Positions 9,523 through 21,556 of a stretch of 64,000 nt of DNA are shown here, piece by piece. Made by a program: the position numbers and the translations under genes. The stretch's first letter is position 1; every line of letters begins with the position of its first letter. The notes beneath the pieces are model-generated. The model was given only the letters and a program-made list of their open reading frames with translations, was not told the DNA's origin and did not search any database. The DNA is from Actinomycetes bacterium. Lineage in GTDB: Bacteria; Actinomycetota; Acidimicrobiia; Acidimicrobiales; Acidimicrobilacustridaceae. The stretch covers positions 491,389-555,388 of the forward strand of contig JAKOVH010000026.1 of NCBI GenBank assembly GCA_029782145.1, in the 5' to 3' direction.

Positions 9523-10302
9523 ATGGGGGTCGACATCGAGCTCGACGGACGCCGGGCGCTGGTGACCGGTGCGGGGCAGGGTGTGGGTGAGGCGATCGCC
9601 CACCTCCTGGCGGCGGCGGGTGCGGAGGTGGCGGTCAACGACGTGGTGGCCGAGCGCGCCCAGGAGGTCGTCGACGCCATCGGCGCCGCGGGTGGGAGGG
9701 CGTTGGCCGCCCCGTTCGACGTCACCGACTACGAGGCCGTCACCGCGGGCATCGAGGGCGTGGGCGGCGTCGACATCCTGGTCAACAACGCGGGGAACGC
9801 CGGCACGGCCGGGTTCGGGGCGCTCACGCCGCTGGTGAGGACCGAGCCGGCGGACTGGGAGCCGTACCTCAAGGTCAACCTGTACGGCGTCATGCACTGC
9901 GTGCGCGCCGCGCTGCCGGCCATGATCGAGAAGCGGTGGGGTCGGGTGATCACGATCATCTCCGACGCCGGCCGGGTCGGCGACCCCAACATGGCGGCCT
10001 ACTGCGCGGCCAAGGCCGGGGCGGCCGGCTTCTGCCGGGGTGTCGCCCACGAGGTCGCCCGGCACGCGATCACGGTCAACAACATCGCCCTCGGCACGAT
10101 GCGCACTCCGGTCTCGGCGCACATGTGGGACAACGTCGACCAGTTCCCGCAGGCCAAGGAGCTCATGAAGCACTACCTCGTGCGGCGCCCGGGTGAGCCC
10201 GACGACGTCGCCGGGCTGGTGCTCTACCTCGCCACGCCGATGGCGTCGTGGATCACCGGCCAGACCTATCCCGTCAACGGCGGCTTCTCCTTCGCCATCT
10301 GA
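9523..10302 (+). CDS. SDR-family short-chain dehydrogenase/reductase
   Basis: TGAGQGVGEA Rossmann motif, NNAG, and YCAAK catalytic tetrad element. GAAGGGAG Shine-Dalgarno sequence 6 nt upstream of the ATG. Confidence 0.9.
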   Translation: MGVDIELDGRRALVTGAGQGVGEAIAHLLAAAGAEVAVNDVVAERAQEVVDAIGAAGGRALAAPFDVTDYEAVTAGIEGVGGVDILVNNAGNAGTAGFGALTPLVRTEPADWEPYLKVNLYGVMHCVRAALPAMIEKRWGRVITIISDAGRVGDPNMAAYCAAKAGAAGFCRGVAHEVARHAITVNNIALGTMRTPVSAHMWDNVDQFPQAKELMKHYLVRRPGEPDDVAGLVLYLATPMASWITGQTYPVNGGFSFAI

Positions 10303-10370
10303 TCGCACCTTCGCCGTCGGGGCGGCGCGGGGAGGGCCGGCGCGTGCCCGGCACTCCCGGCGGGCCGGGC

Positions 10371-10661
10371 TCACTCCTCCGGCGCCACCGGGGTCCAGAG
10401 CGGGAAGGCGATGTGGGGCACCCCCAGGTGGTCGACGATGCGCCCGTCGGCCCGGAACCGCTCGAGGCACGGCCGGGCCGTCTCCGTGCCGCCCGCCATG
10501 GCGACGTAGTCGGACACCGAGAGCAGGAGCGGTCCGCGGTCGGCGTCGCCCTCACGGAGCAGCGCCTCCACCTCGAGGGTGGGCCGGCACGGGTCGGAGC
10601 GGTCGACCGGCCAGCAGTGGTAGACGACGTGCTCGAACACCGACAGCACCCGTATCCGCAT
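10371..10661 (-). CDS. Hypothetical small protein (96 aa)
   Basis: GC3 about 97% in this frame, clean ATG, and it fits the gap after the SDR gene. No family recognised. Confidence 0.5.
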   Translation of the reverse strand: MRIRVLSVFEHVVYHCWPVDRSDPCRPTLEVEALLREGDADRGPLLLSVSDYVAMAGGTETARPCLERFRADGRIVDHLGVPHIAFPLWTPVAPEE

Positions 10662-10730
10662 CACCAGCCCCGTGGGCTCCGCCGACCCGCGAACGGCCCC
10701 GGGCAGGGCAGGATCGGCGTCGGTCGGGCC

Positions 10731-11291
10731 ATGGGGCCAGCATGGGTGCCCATGGAGGACGATGCCAAGCCCGGTGACGGCCCCGCCCGGCCAGCGGCCG
10801 GCGCAGAGGGGCCGAGCGGGGACGACCTCGACGCCCTCGCTCGGTACGCGGCGGCCCTGGCCGACGGCGTCGAGGCGGCGCTGCCCCAGTGGGTCGAGCG
10901 CTCGGTCGAGCGGGTGCACGTGCAGGCGCTGGGCCGGCGCCCTCCCCCGGAGGTGCGCGCCGCGGCCGCCGAGGCCGGCCGAGCGGCGGCGACCGACGTG
11001 GGGACGAAGGTGCGGGAGCTGCTCCGCGCCGACGTCGACGAGCAGTGGACCGGGCCCCTGGCCGTCGTCCGCCGAGCGGTGCCGTACCCGACCGCCGTGC
11101 TGCGGGACGCGGGCGTGCCCCCGGTCGAGCGCGACGACGTCGCCGTGCGCCAGTTCCCCGACGACGCCTACGACCTGAGCCCGGCGTCGTTCGCCGACCT
11201 CGACCCCGGCCTCCACGACGCCGGCCTGGTGTGGGGCGCGGCCAAGGCGCACGTGCACCTGGCCCGGCGGCGGGCCGAGGGCCGGCGGTGA
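10731..11291 (+). CDS. Hypothetical protein
   Basis: Strong GC3 bias and balanced composition from about 10731 onward. Divergent from the 10661 gene. An alternative ATG lies at 10752. Confidence 0.45.
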   Translation: MGPAWVPMEDDAKPGDGPARPAAGAEGPSGDDLDALARYAAALADGVEAALPQWVERSVERVHVQALGRRPPPEVRAAAAEAGRAAATDVGTKVRELLRADVDEQWTGPLAVVRRAVPYPTAVLRDAGVPPVERDDVAVRQFPDDAYDLSPASFADLDPGLHDAGLVWGAAKAHVHLARRRAEGRR

Positions 11292-11349
11292 GCCCCCGTC
11301 CGCCCACGGCGCGCCGATCGGGCGCCCGGCGAGTGGGTACGGACCTCTC

Positions 11350-12681
11350 ATGACCGAGCGCCTGGTCGTGATCGGGGGAGACGCCGGTGGCATGGCGGCC
11401 GCCTCGGTGGTGCGTCGCCTGCGGCCCGACGTCGAGATCGTCGTGCTCGAGCGCGGCGCCCGCACCAGCTACGCCATGTGCGGCATCCCCTACCTGGTGG
11501 GCGGCGAGGTCGACGACCTCGAGGACCTCGTGGCCCGGTCGCCGGAGGAGTTCCGGGCGATGCAGATCGACGTGCGCCTCCACACCGAGGCCGTGGCGAT
11601 CGACCTCGCCGCCCGGACGGTGCAGGCCCGTGACACCCTCACCGGCGCCACCGAGCCCGTGGGGTTCGACCAGCTCATGATCGGCACCGGTTCCCGACCC
11701 ATCGTGCCGGGCTGGGCGGCCGTCGAGCTGGCCAACGTGTCGGTGGTGCACACCCTGGCCGACGCGGCCCGCCTCGAGCGCCTCGCCGAAGGTTGCGAGG
11801 GCCTCGAGGCGGTGATCGTCGGGGGCGGCTACATCGGGGTGGAGATGGCCGAGGCGTTCCTCGCCCGGGGCGCCCGCGTCAGCATCGTGCAACGGGGCCC
11901 GCACCTGCTCGGCAACCTCGACCCGGAGATGGGCGACCGGCTCGGCGACGCCGCCCGGGCGGCGGGCATCGAGCTGCACCTCGACGCCAGCGCCGAGGAG
12001 GTGCGCCCGTCGTCGGTGGTGACCTCGACCGGGGCGGAGCTCCCCGCCGGCATCGTCGTGCTCGCCCTCGGTGTGGTGCCCAACAGCGGCCTGGCCGCTG
12101 ACGCCGGGCTCGCCACCGGCGTGCGCGGCGCGGTGGTGGTCGACGATCGCCAGCGCACCTCGGCCGAAGGGGTCTACGCCGCGGGCGACTGCTGCGAGTC
12201 GTTCCACCGGGTGAGCGGCCGCCCCACCTGGCTCGCCCTCGGCACCGTGGCCAACAAGGCGTCACGGGTCGCGGGGGTGAACCTGGCGGGCGGCGACGCC
12301 ACCTTCGGCGGCGTGCTCGGCACGGCCATCACCCGGCTGGTCGGCACCGAGGTCGCCCGCACGGGGCTCAGCTGCGCCGAGGCGGTCGACGCCGGCTTCG
12401 ACCCGGTCGCGACGACCGTCGAGGCCAGCACCCGGGCCCGCTACTACCCGGGCTCCCAGCCCATGGCCGTGCGGCTGGTCCACGACGGTGCCAGCGGGCT
12501 GCTGCTCGGCGGCCAGATCGTGGGCGGCGCAGGGTCGGCCAAGCGCATCGACACCGTGGCCACGGCCCTGTGGGCCCGCCTCACCATCGACGAGCTCGTC
12601 GACCTCGACCTGGCCTACGCCCCGCCGTTCTCGTCGGTGTGGGACCCGGTCAACATCGCCGCCCGCCAGGCCGTCCGCTGA
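11350..12681 (+). CDS. FAD-dependent pyridine nucleotide-disulfide oxidoreductase (CoA-disulfide reductase / NADH oxidase-like)
   Basis: VIGGDAGG FAD motif, single redox Cys (SYAMCGIPY), a second Rossmann motif (VGGGYIG), and a C-terminal dimerisation region. Confidence 0.85.
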   Translation: MTERLVVIGGDAGGMAAASVVRRLRPDVEIVVLERGARTSYAMCGIPYLVGGEVDDLEDLVARSPEEFRAMQIDVRLHTEAVAIDLAARTVQARDTLTGATEPVGFDQLMIGTGSRPIVPGWAAVELANVSVVHTLADAARLERLAEGCEGLEAVIVGGGYIGVEMAEAFLARGARVSIVQRGPHLLGNLDPEMGDRLGDAARAAGIELHLDASAEEVRPSSVVTSTGAELPAGIVVLALGVVPNSGLAADAGLATGVRGAVVVDDRQRTSAEGVYAAGDCCESFHRVSGRPTWLALGTVANKASRVAGVNLAGGDATFGGVLGTAITRLVGTEVARTGLSCAEAVDAGFDPVATTVEASTRARYYPGSQPMAVRLVHDGASGLLLGGQIVGGAGSAKRIDTVATALWARLTIDELVDLDLAYAPPFSSVWDPVNIAARQAVR

Positions 12682-12724
12682 GCCGAGGTCCCGCGCCCGG
12701 CCGGTGACCCACGACGACCAGCGT

Positions 12725-12775
12725 TCATCGTCACGAAACACGGCAGGAACGCCGGGGCAACACCGTGACGACATC
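12725..12775. promoter_or_regulatory. GlnR-box-like direct repeats upstream of amt
   Basis: GTTCAT-n6-GAAAC followed by GGAAC-n6-GCAAC, with xxAAC pentamers at an 11-bp period, 60-110 nt upstream of the amt start. Confidence 0.45.
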
Positions 12776-12831
12776 CTTTCGTCGACCTTGCACCCATCTG
12801 GTGCGCAGCTGACGAAGCAAGGGAGTTCGGC

Positions 12832-14465
<1,634 letters not shown>

Positions 14466-14525
14466 CGCGCCGCGCGCGACGCGTCGAGGCGCCTCCCGCG
14501 CCCGCCCTGACCCCACGGGAACGCC

Positions 14526-16832
14526 ATGACGCCCCAGCTCGACCGACGGCCCCTCCTCGAGGACGCCTCCGCACGGGGGGCCGCCTTCTGCCGGGCCCTC
14601 TCCGACCAGGTCGACTCGTGGCTCGCCGAGCTGTGGGAGGAGGCCGACCCTCCCGTGGGTGGGGCCGCGCTGGTGGCCGTCGGTGGCTACGGGCGGGCCG
14701 AGCTGTCGCCCGGCAGCGACATCGACGTGTACCTGCTGCACCGTCCAGGCCAGCGGGTGGAGGCCCTGGCCGATCGGCTCTGGTACCCGATCTGGGACAC
14801 CGGCCTGAAGCTCGGCCACGCCGTGCGCACGGTGAAGGAGACCCTGTCCCTCGCCGCCGAAGACCTCGACACCGCCACCGCGGTGCTGTCGGCCCGCCAC
14901 GTCGTGGGCGACCCGTCGCTGTGCGAGGAGCTGGCCGTCAAGGGCCGGGCGCTGTGGCAGAAGCGCTCGAAGCGGTGGCTGGCCGCCCTCGACGAGCGGG
15001 TGAAGGAGCGCCACGAGGCCGCCGGCGAGGTGGCCTTCCTCCTGGAGCCCGACCTCAAGGACGGCCGTGGCGGCCTGCGCGACGTGCACGCCATCCGGTG
15101 GGCCGAGGCGGCCGAGGTGCCGCTGCTCCCCGGCGACGACGACGCCATCGCCGAGGCCTACGAGGTCGTGCTGTCGGCCCGGGCCGAGCTGCACCGGCGC
15201 ACGGGCCGCACCGGCGACCGGCTGCTGCTCGAGGAGCAGGACGCGGTGGCCGCAGCGCTCGGCTACGCCGATGCCGACAGCCTCATGCGGTCGCTGTCGT
15301 CGGCGGCTCGCACCATCGCCTGGGTGAGCGACGACCTGTGGGCCCGCGTCGAGGCGTCCCTCGAAGGCCCGTTCCGCCGCCGGCTGTGGAAGGACCGCGA
15401 CGTCGCCCGGGGCGTGGTGCTGCGGGAGGGCACGTTGGCCCTGGCCGCCGGCGCCGATCCCGCCATCGACCCGCTCCTCGTGCTGCGCGTGGCGGTGTCC
15501 GCCGCCCGCCACGACGCCCGCATCGAGCGCTCGACCCTCGACCGGCTCACCGCCTCGGCCCCCGTGCCCACCCCGTGGTCGGAGGAGGCGCGGCGGCTGT
15601 TCGTCGAGCTGTTCCTCGCCGGTCGCCCCGCCGTCGCCGTGGTCGAGACGCTCGACCAGAGGGGCCTGTGGGAGCCGATCATGCCGGAGTGGGGCCACCT
15701 GCGGTGCCTGCCGCAGCGCAACGCCTACCACCGCTTCACCGTCGATCGGCACCTGTCCGAGGCGGCCGCCAACGCCGCCGCGCTGGTCGACCGGGTCGAC
15801 CGGCCCGACCTGCTCGTCACCGGCGCCCTGCTGCACGACATCGGCAAGGGCCGGCCCGGCGACCACGCCGAGGTGGGCATCGACATGGTCGCCGAGATCG
15901 GGCCGCGCATGGGGTTCGGCGCCGACGACACCGCCTTGTTGCAGCAGATGGTGCGCCACCACCTGCTGCTGCCCGACGTGGCGACCCGGCGTGACCTCTC
16001 CGACGACGGCACCCTCGCCCACGTCGCCGATGCCGTGGGCGACCTGTCGACGCTGCGGCTCCTCGACGCGCTCACCGAGGCCGACTCCATCGCCACCGGC
16101 CCGGCGGCGTGGGGCAGCTGGAAGCAGGAGCTGGTCGGCGTCCTGGTCAGCCGGGTGGCCCACGTGCTGTCGGGTGGCACCGTGGAGGAGGCGACCGGCG
16201 ACGGGTTCCCCACCGCGGCCCAGCGGGACCTGCTCGCCCAGCGCCGACGCATCATCGAAGGCGCCGACGACCAGCTCGTGGTCGTGTCGCCCGATCGGCC
16301 CGGCCTGTTCTCGCGTGTGGCCGGCGTGCTCTCCCTGCACGGCCTCACCGTGCTCGAGGCCGCCGGCCACTCCGACGACGACGGCATGGCGATCGAGCAG
16401 TTCCGGGTGCAGGCGAACTTCGGTGACGAGGTCCGCTGGGACCGCGTGGTGCGCGACCTGGAGAAGGTGCTCGACGGTCGCCTGGCGCTCGAGGCCCGGC
16501 TGGCCGAGCGGGGACGGGTGTACCGCCGGCCCCGCCGCCTGCCCGGCCTCGTCACCCACCCCGAGGTCATCGTCGACAACGACCTGTCGCACACCGCCAC
16601 CGTGCTCGAGGTGCGCGCGCCCGACGCGGTGGGCGTGCTGTGGCGCATCACCCGGGCCCTCCACGAGCTCGACCTCGACATCACGTCGGCGAAGGTCCAG
16701 ACGATCGCCAGCGACGCCGTCGACTCGTTCTACGTCCGCGACGCCGACGGGCGGAAGGTCACCGACCGGGAGTACCTCGACGAGATCGACCGGGCGCTCA
16801 TGTTCGCCCTCGAGGGACCCGACGCCTCGTAG
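14526..16832 (+). CDS. glnD: [Protein-PII] uridylyl/adenylyl-transferase GlnD
   Basis: Nucleotidyltransferase domain (GGYGRAELSPGSDID), HD domain (HDIGKG), two C-terminal ACT domains. Operon position is amt-glnK-glnD. Confidence 0.9.
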   Translation: MTPQLDRRPLLEDASARGAAFCRALSDQVDSWLAELWEEADPPVGGAALVAVGGYGRAELSPGSDIDVYLLHRPGQRVEALADRLWYPIWDTGLKLGHAVRTVKETLSLAAEDLDTATAVLSARHVVGDPSLCEELAVKGRALWQKRSKRWLAALDERVKERHEAAGEVAFLLEPDLKDGRGGLRDVHAIRWAEAAEVPLLPGDDDAIAEAYEVVLSARAELHRRTGRTGDRLLLEEQDAVAAALGYADADSLMRSLSSAARTIAWVSDDLWARVEASLEGPFRRRLWKDRDVARGVVLREGTLALAAGADPAIDPLLVLRVAVSAARHDARIERSTLDRLTASAPVPTPWSEEARRLFVELFLAGRPAVAVVETLDQRGLWEPIMPEWGHLRCLPQRNAYHRFTVDRHLSEAAANAAALVDRVDRPDLLVTGALLHDIGKGRPGDHAEVGIDMVAEIGPRMGFGADDTALLQQMVRHHLLLPDVATRRDLSDDGTLAHVADAVGDLSTLRLLDALTEADSIATGPAAWGSWKQELVGVLVSRVAHVLSGGTVEEATGDGFPTAAQRDLLAQRRRIIEGADDQLVVVSPDRPGLFSRVAGVLSLHGLTVLEAAGHSDDDGMAIEQFRVQANFGDEVRWDRVVRDLEKVLDGRLALEARLAERGRVYRRPRRLPGLVTHPEVIVDNDLSHTATVLEVRAPDAVGVLWRITRALHELDLDITSAKVQTIASDAVDSFYVRDADGRKVTDREYLDEIDRALMFALEGPDAS

Positions 16833-16858
16833 TCGGCGCCGGGTAGCGTCGGCGGCGA

Positions 16859-17541
16859 TGAGCGAGCCGGTCACCTCCCAGGATGTGGTGCGCTGGAGCG
16901 AGGCGCTGGCGGGCATCGCCCGGACCGGCCTCGGGTTCACCCAGAGCCTCTACGAGCGCGAGCGCTTCGAGGAGGTGCTGGCGGTGGCGGCCGACATGCG
17001 CGTCGCCGCCGGCAGCCCCTACGACGCCGAGGACCTCGTCCACGAGTGGATGAAGTCGGTGGGCCAGGGGGTGCCCGGCTACCAGACCCCGAAGGTGGCC
17101 GTGGGGGCGGTGGTCGGCAACGACGCCGGGGAGATCCTGCTCGTGCAGCGGGCCGACTCCGGGGTGTGGCTGTACCCCACCGGCTGGGCCGACATCGGCT
17201 ACTCCGCCTCGGAGGTGGCAGTGAAGGAGGTCGCCGAGGAGACGGGCATCGAGTGCGAGGTCGTGCAGCTCATCGCCGTGCTCGACGGGCTGCGCCAGCG
17301 CTTCACCCGCATCCCGCTCTACTCGCTCGTGTTCCACTGCCGGGCCACCGGCGGCGACCTCAAGGCCCACCCGCTCGAGACCCGCGACGTGGGTTGGTTC
17401 CCGCTCGACGCCCTGCCGCCGATGACCGTCGGCGTCGAGCAGTGGGGCGAGCTGGCCCGCCAGGCCCTGGCCGGCGAGCCGGTCGACGTGCACTACGACC
17501 GGCCCCGCGCGCCCACCTGGCGCACCGCCCGCGACGTCTGA
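16859..17541 (+). CDS. NUDIX hydrolase
   Basis: Nudix box (EVAVKEVAEETGIE). An ATG in-frame within a longer artefactual ORF. Confidence 0.75.
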
Positions 17542-17553
17542 GCGCGGCGGGGC

Positions 17554-18423
17554 TCAGTCCTGGTCGCGCAGGAAGCGCTCGACCTCGTCGACCAGGCTGT
17601 CGCCGTCGGTGACGCCCGCCGGCTCCTCGTCGTAGCGCTGCTCGAGGTGGGCCACGTACTCGGTGGTCTCCTCGTCCTCGGCCACGAGCTGCGACACCTG
17701 GTGCTCGTAGGCGTCGGTGGCGAAGCGCAGCTCGGTGGTGTCGACCTGCACGTCGAGCAGGTTGGCGGTGCGCTGCACCAGCGCCAGGGCGGCCTTCGGT
17801 GACGGCGCCGCCGGAACGTAGGTCGGCACCGCGGCCCACAGCGCCGCCGAGCGGATCCCGGCCTCGTGGCACGCGCTGTGCAGCACGCCGGTGATGCCGG
17901 TCGGGCCCTCGTAGCGCGAGGGGAGCAGGTCGAGCTGCGACGCGTCGTCCTCGTCGTAGGCGGTGCCGAAGACCGACACCGGCCGGGAGTGGGGCACCTC
18001 GGCGAGCAGGGCGCCGAGGGTCACCACCGTGCGGGCGCCGACGGCGATGGCCACGCCGAGCACGTGGTCGCAGAACGTCCTCCAGCGCAGCTGGGGCTCG
18101 ACGCCCGAGAGGGTGACCACGCCCAGGCCGCTCGGGGCGATGCAGTGCTTGAACGTGTTCGCCGGCCACTCGATGCGACGGACGCCCTGCACGTCGATGC
18201 GGACCTCCGGGCGCGTGGCGGTGAAGTCGAAGAACACCTCGGGGTCGATGTCGGCGAAGGGACGAGCGGACCACTGCTCGGCGAAGTGGTCGACGGCCGC
18301 GGTGGCGGCGTCGCCGGCGTCGTTCCAGCCGCCGAACGCGGCGAGCAGGACGGGCCCGGCCGGCAGGTCCGGCTGAGCCGACCAGCGCAGGTGGGGGAGG
18401 GTCTCGCCCGAGGGGTCCGGCAT
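17554..18423 (-). CDS. PAC2-family protein (proteasome-assembly-chaperone-like, actinobacterial)
   Basis: 289 aa with a PAC2-like N-terminus (PVLLAAFGGWNDAGDAATAAVD). Confidence 0.7.
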   Translation of the reverse strand: MPDPSGETLPHLRWSAQPDLPAGPVLLAAFGGWNDAGDAATAAVDHFAEQWSARPFADIDPEVFFDFTATRPEVRIDVQGVRRIEWPANTFKHCIAPSGLGVVTLSGVEPQLRWRTFCDHVLGVAIAVGARTVVTLGALLAEVPHSRPVSVFGTAYDEDDASQLDLLPSRYEGPTGITGVLHSACHEAGIRSAALWAAVPTYVPAAPSPKAALALVQRTANLLDVQVDTTELRFATDAYEHQVSQLVAEDEETTEYVAHLEQRYDEEPAGVTDGDSLVDEVERFLRDQD

Positions 18424-18503
18424 CGGTCCCAGGGTACCGGTGGCCGTCGGCGACCCCGGCGAGGCGTCCCGGCGCGAGGTGTGGCCGTGCCTACGCTGGG
18501 TCC

Positions 18504-18959
18504 ATGTCGAGCGTCGAGATCGTCGAGGCCACCGAAGCCACCCCCGAGCTGGTGGCCGCCTTCGAGCGGCTCATCCCGCAGCTGTCGTCGTCGAGCGCGC
18601 CGCCCACGCCGGACGAGCTGGCCGCCCTCGTCGGGTCCGAGGCGAGCATCCTGCTGCTCGCCGTCGACCGGGACGCGGGCGACGCCATCCTCGGCTCGCT
18701 CACCCTGGTGTGGTTCCGGATCCCCACGGGGGTGCGGGCCTGGATCGAGGACGTCGTGGTCGACGAGGCCGCCCGGGGCAGGGGCGTGGGCGAGGCGCTC
18801 AACCGGGTCGCCCTCGAGCGCGCCGGGGAGCTCGGCGCCAAGACCGTCGACCTGACCTCCCGCCCCAAGCGCGAGGCGGCCAACCGCCTCTACCAGCGCA
18901 TCGGCTTCGAGCCGCGCGACACCAACGTCTACCGGTACCGGGTCGACGAGGAGCGGTGA
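18504..18959 (+). CDS. GNAT-family N-acetyltransferase
   Basis: Acetyl-CoA binding motif (RGRGVGEAL). 151 aa. Confidence 0.85.
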   Translation: MSSVEIVEATEATPELVAAFERLIPQLSSSSAPPTPDELAALVGSEASILLLAVDRDAGDAILGSLTLVWFRIPTGVRAWIEDVVVDEAARGRGVGEALNRVALERAGELGAKTVDLTSRPKREAANRLYQRIGFEPRDTNVYRYRVDEER

Positions 18960-19111
18960 CGGCGACCGTCGAGCAGCAGCCTCGCGGTCAGGAGCGAGCG
19001 GCGAGCACCCATCGAGGCGAGGCGGGCTGACACCCACGGCAACGGGCCCCTCCGAAGGGCCTCGGTAGGTGGTCAGTTGCGTCATGGAACTGTACAGGGT
19101 ACGGTCGGGCG

Positions 19112-21415
19112 ATGACGGGGCGACCTTCCACCGAGTGGCAACCGACGGCCTGCATCCTCTGCGAGTGCAACTGCGGGATCGAGGTCCGTCTCGGCGTCGA
19201 CGGGCGCACGTTCGAGCGCATCCGCGGCGACAAGGCCCACCCCGCCTCCCGGGGCTACACGTGCGAGAAGGCGCTGCGCCTCGACCGCTACCAGAACGGC
19301 CGGGGAGAGCGGGTGCTGCGGCCCCTGCGCCGGCGCCCGGACGGGTCGTTCGAGGAGATCGACTGGGACACCGCCATCGCCGAGGTGTCCACCCGGCTGC
19401 GGGCCGTGGCCGACGCCCACGGCGGCGGGTCGATCCTCTACTACGGCGGGGGCGGCCAGGGGAACCACCTCGGTGGCGGCTACAGCGGGTCGATGCTGCG
19501 GGCGTACGGCGCCAGCTACCGCTCCAACGCCCTGGCCCAGGAGAAGACCGGCGAGATGTGGGTCAACTCCCGGATGCTCGGCACCATCGTGCGGGCCGAC
19601 TTCGAGCACGCCGAGGTCGCGCTGTTCGTCGGGAAGAACCCGTGGCAGAGCCACGGGATCCCCCACGCCCGCACCACCTTGAAGGAGATCGCCAACGACC
19701 CGGCGCGCACGATGATCGTCATCGACCCCCGCCGGTCGGAGACGGCGGAGCTGGCCGACATCCACCTGCGGGTCCGCCCGGGGCGCGACGCCTGGCTGGT
19801 GGCCGCCCTCGCCGCCACGATCGTGCAGGAGGGCCTGGTCGACGAGGAGTTCGTCGCCGAGCACACCGCCGGCTTCGCCGAGGTGGAGGCCGCCCTGTCC
19901 GCCGTGCCGGTGGCGCGGTACTGCGACATCGCGGGCGTGCCCGAGGAGCAGGTGCGCCTCGCCGCCCGGCGCCTGGCGACGGCGTCGAGCGTGGCGGTGT
20001 TCGAGGACCTCGGGGTGCAGATGAACCGGCACTCCACCCTGGTGAGCTACCTGGAGAAGCTCGTCTGGCTGCTGGGCGGGCACTTCGGGCGGGAGGGCAC
20101 CCAGTACGCCCCGTCCGCGCTGGCACCGCTCGCCCGCATCGACACGGACCGGAGCGCCTCGGGTGGGCCCCGCACACCGGTGACCGGGTCACGGATCGTC
20201 GGCGGCCTCGTCCCGTGCAACGTCATCCCCGACGAGATCCTCACCGACCACCCGGACCGGTTCCGCGCACTCGTGGTGGAGAGCGGGAACCCGGCGCACT
20301 CCCTGGCCGACAGCCCTCGGATGCGCGAGGCCATCGGCGCCCTCGACCTGGTGGTGGTCATCGACGTGTTCATGACCGAGACGGCCCGGCTGGCCGACGT
20401 CGTGCTGCCGGCACCCACGCAGTTCGAGAAGTACGAGGCCACCTTCTTCAACTTCGAGTTCCCCCGCAACGTCTTCCACCTCCGCCGTCCCGTCGTGCCG
20501 GCCCCCGAGGGCCCGCTGCCCGAGCCGGAGATCCACGCTCGGCTCGTCGAGGCCGCCGGGGTGCTCGACCCGGCGCTGCTCGAGCCGCTTTGGAAGGCCG
20601 CCCAGCGAGGCCGCGCCGAGTTCGCCGCCGCCTTCCTCGACACCATGGCCGCCCACCCCGAGCTCGGCCCGTTCGGCCCGGTCGTGCTGTACCGCACCCT
20701 CGGTCCGAGCCTGCCCGACGGCGCCGCGTCCGCCGCGCTGCTCTGGGGTGCCGCCCACCGTTGCGTCGCGGCCAACCCCGACGGCGTGCGCCGGGCCGGG
20801 TTCGGCGACGGCCTCGAAGCCGGCGAACGGCTCTTCGACGCCATCCTCGACAGCCCCTCCGGTGTCGTGTTCACCGACGACGAGCCCGACGAGTCGTGGC
20901 GCCGGGTGCGCACGGGCGACGGCCGGGTCCACCTCGCCCTCGACGAGCTCCTGGGCGAGCTGGCCGCCCTCACCGACGAGGTGCCGCCGGGTGAGGACCC
21001 GCAGTGGCCGTTCCTGCTCTCGGCAGGGGAGCGGCGCTCGTTCACCGCCAACACCATCTTCCGCGACCCCGACTGGCGCCGGAAGGACGCCGGGGGAGCG
21101 CTGCGCATCGGCGTGGAGGACGCCGCCCGGCTCGGCATCGTCGACGGGTCCCCGGTTCGGGTCACCACCGCTCGGGGCAGCGTGGTCGCCACGGCCGAGG
21201 TCAACGAGGCCATGGCGTGCGGTCACGTCTCGCTCCCCAACGGCTTCGGCGTCGACCACACCGACGAGGAGGGGCACCGCACCGTCACGGGTGTCGCGCC
21301 GAACGAGCTCACCTCCTCCGACCACCGTGACCCGTGGGTCGGCACGCCGTGGCACAAGACGGTGCCCGCCCGCGTCGAAGCCCTGCCGGGCGAGGCGCCC
21401 GCCGTGCCGGCCTGA
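19112..21415 (+). CDS. Molybdopterin-dependent oxidoreductase (MopB superfamily, bis-MGD enzyme)
   Basis: N-terminal 4Fe-4S ligand pattern (CILCECNCGI...C), MopB core and C-terminal MGD-binding barrel. 767 aa. Confidence 0.85.
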   Translation: MTGRPSTEWQPTACILCECNCGIEVRLGVDGRTFERIRGDKAHPASRGYTCEKALRLDRYQNGRGERVLRPLRRRPDGSFEEIDWDTAIAEVSTRLRAVADAHGGGSILYYGGGGQGNHLGGGYSGSMLRAYGASYRSNALAQEKTGEMWVNSRMLGTIVRADFEHAEVALFVGKNPWQSHGIPHARTTLKEIANDPARTMIVIDPRRSETAELADIHLRVRPGRDAWLVAALAATIVQEGLVDEEFVAEHTAGFAEVEAALSAVPVARYCDIAGVPEEQVRLAARRLATASSVAVFEDLGVQMNRHSTLVSYLEKLVWLLGGHFGREGTQYAPSALAPLARIDTDRSASGGPRTPVTGSRIVGGLVPCNVIPDEILTDHPDRFRALVVESGNPAHSLADSPRMREAIGALDLVVVIDVFMTETARLADVVLPAPTQFEKYEATFFNFEFPRNVFHLRRPVVPAPEGPLPEPEIHARLVEAAGVLDPALLEPLWKAAQRGRAEFAAAFLDTMAAHPELGPFGPVVLYRTLGPSLPDGAASAALLWGAAHRCVAANPDGVRRAGFGDGLEAGERLFDAILDSPSGVVFTDDEPDESWRRVRTGDGRVHLALDELLGELAALTDEVPPGEDPQWPFLLSAGERRSFTANTIFRDPDWRRKDAGGALRIGVEDAARLGIVDGSPVRVTTARGSVVATAEVNEAMACGHVSLPNGFGVDHTDEEGHRTVTGVAPNELTSSDHRDPWVGTPWHKTVPARVEALPGEAPAVPA

Positions 21416-21556
21416 CCAGCCTGACCGGTCCAGCGCCCGCACCGGGTCGCAAGCCTCTGTTCACCGGCGCGCCACGGTCGCATGGTGAGGGCGTGCTCGG
21501 CGCACGGGCGGCGACGCCCGGGGGACCGCGGCACACCGTCGAACCGGAGGGTGGAG

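Noticed and set aside
10552-12207. 551-aa minus-strand ORF over the hypothetical gene and the FAD-oxidoreductase
   Set aside because: It is antisense to a clear FAD/NAD-binding enzyme, with low-complexity translation.
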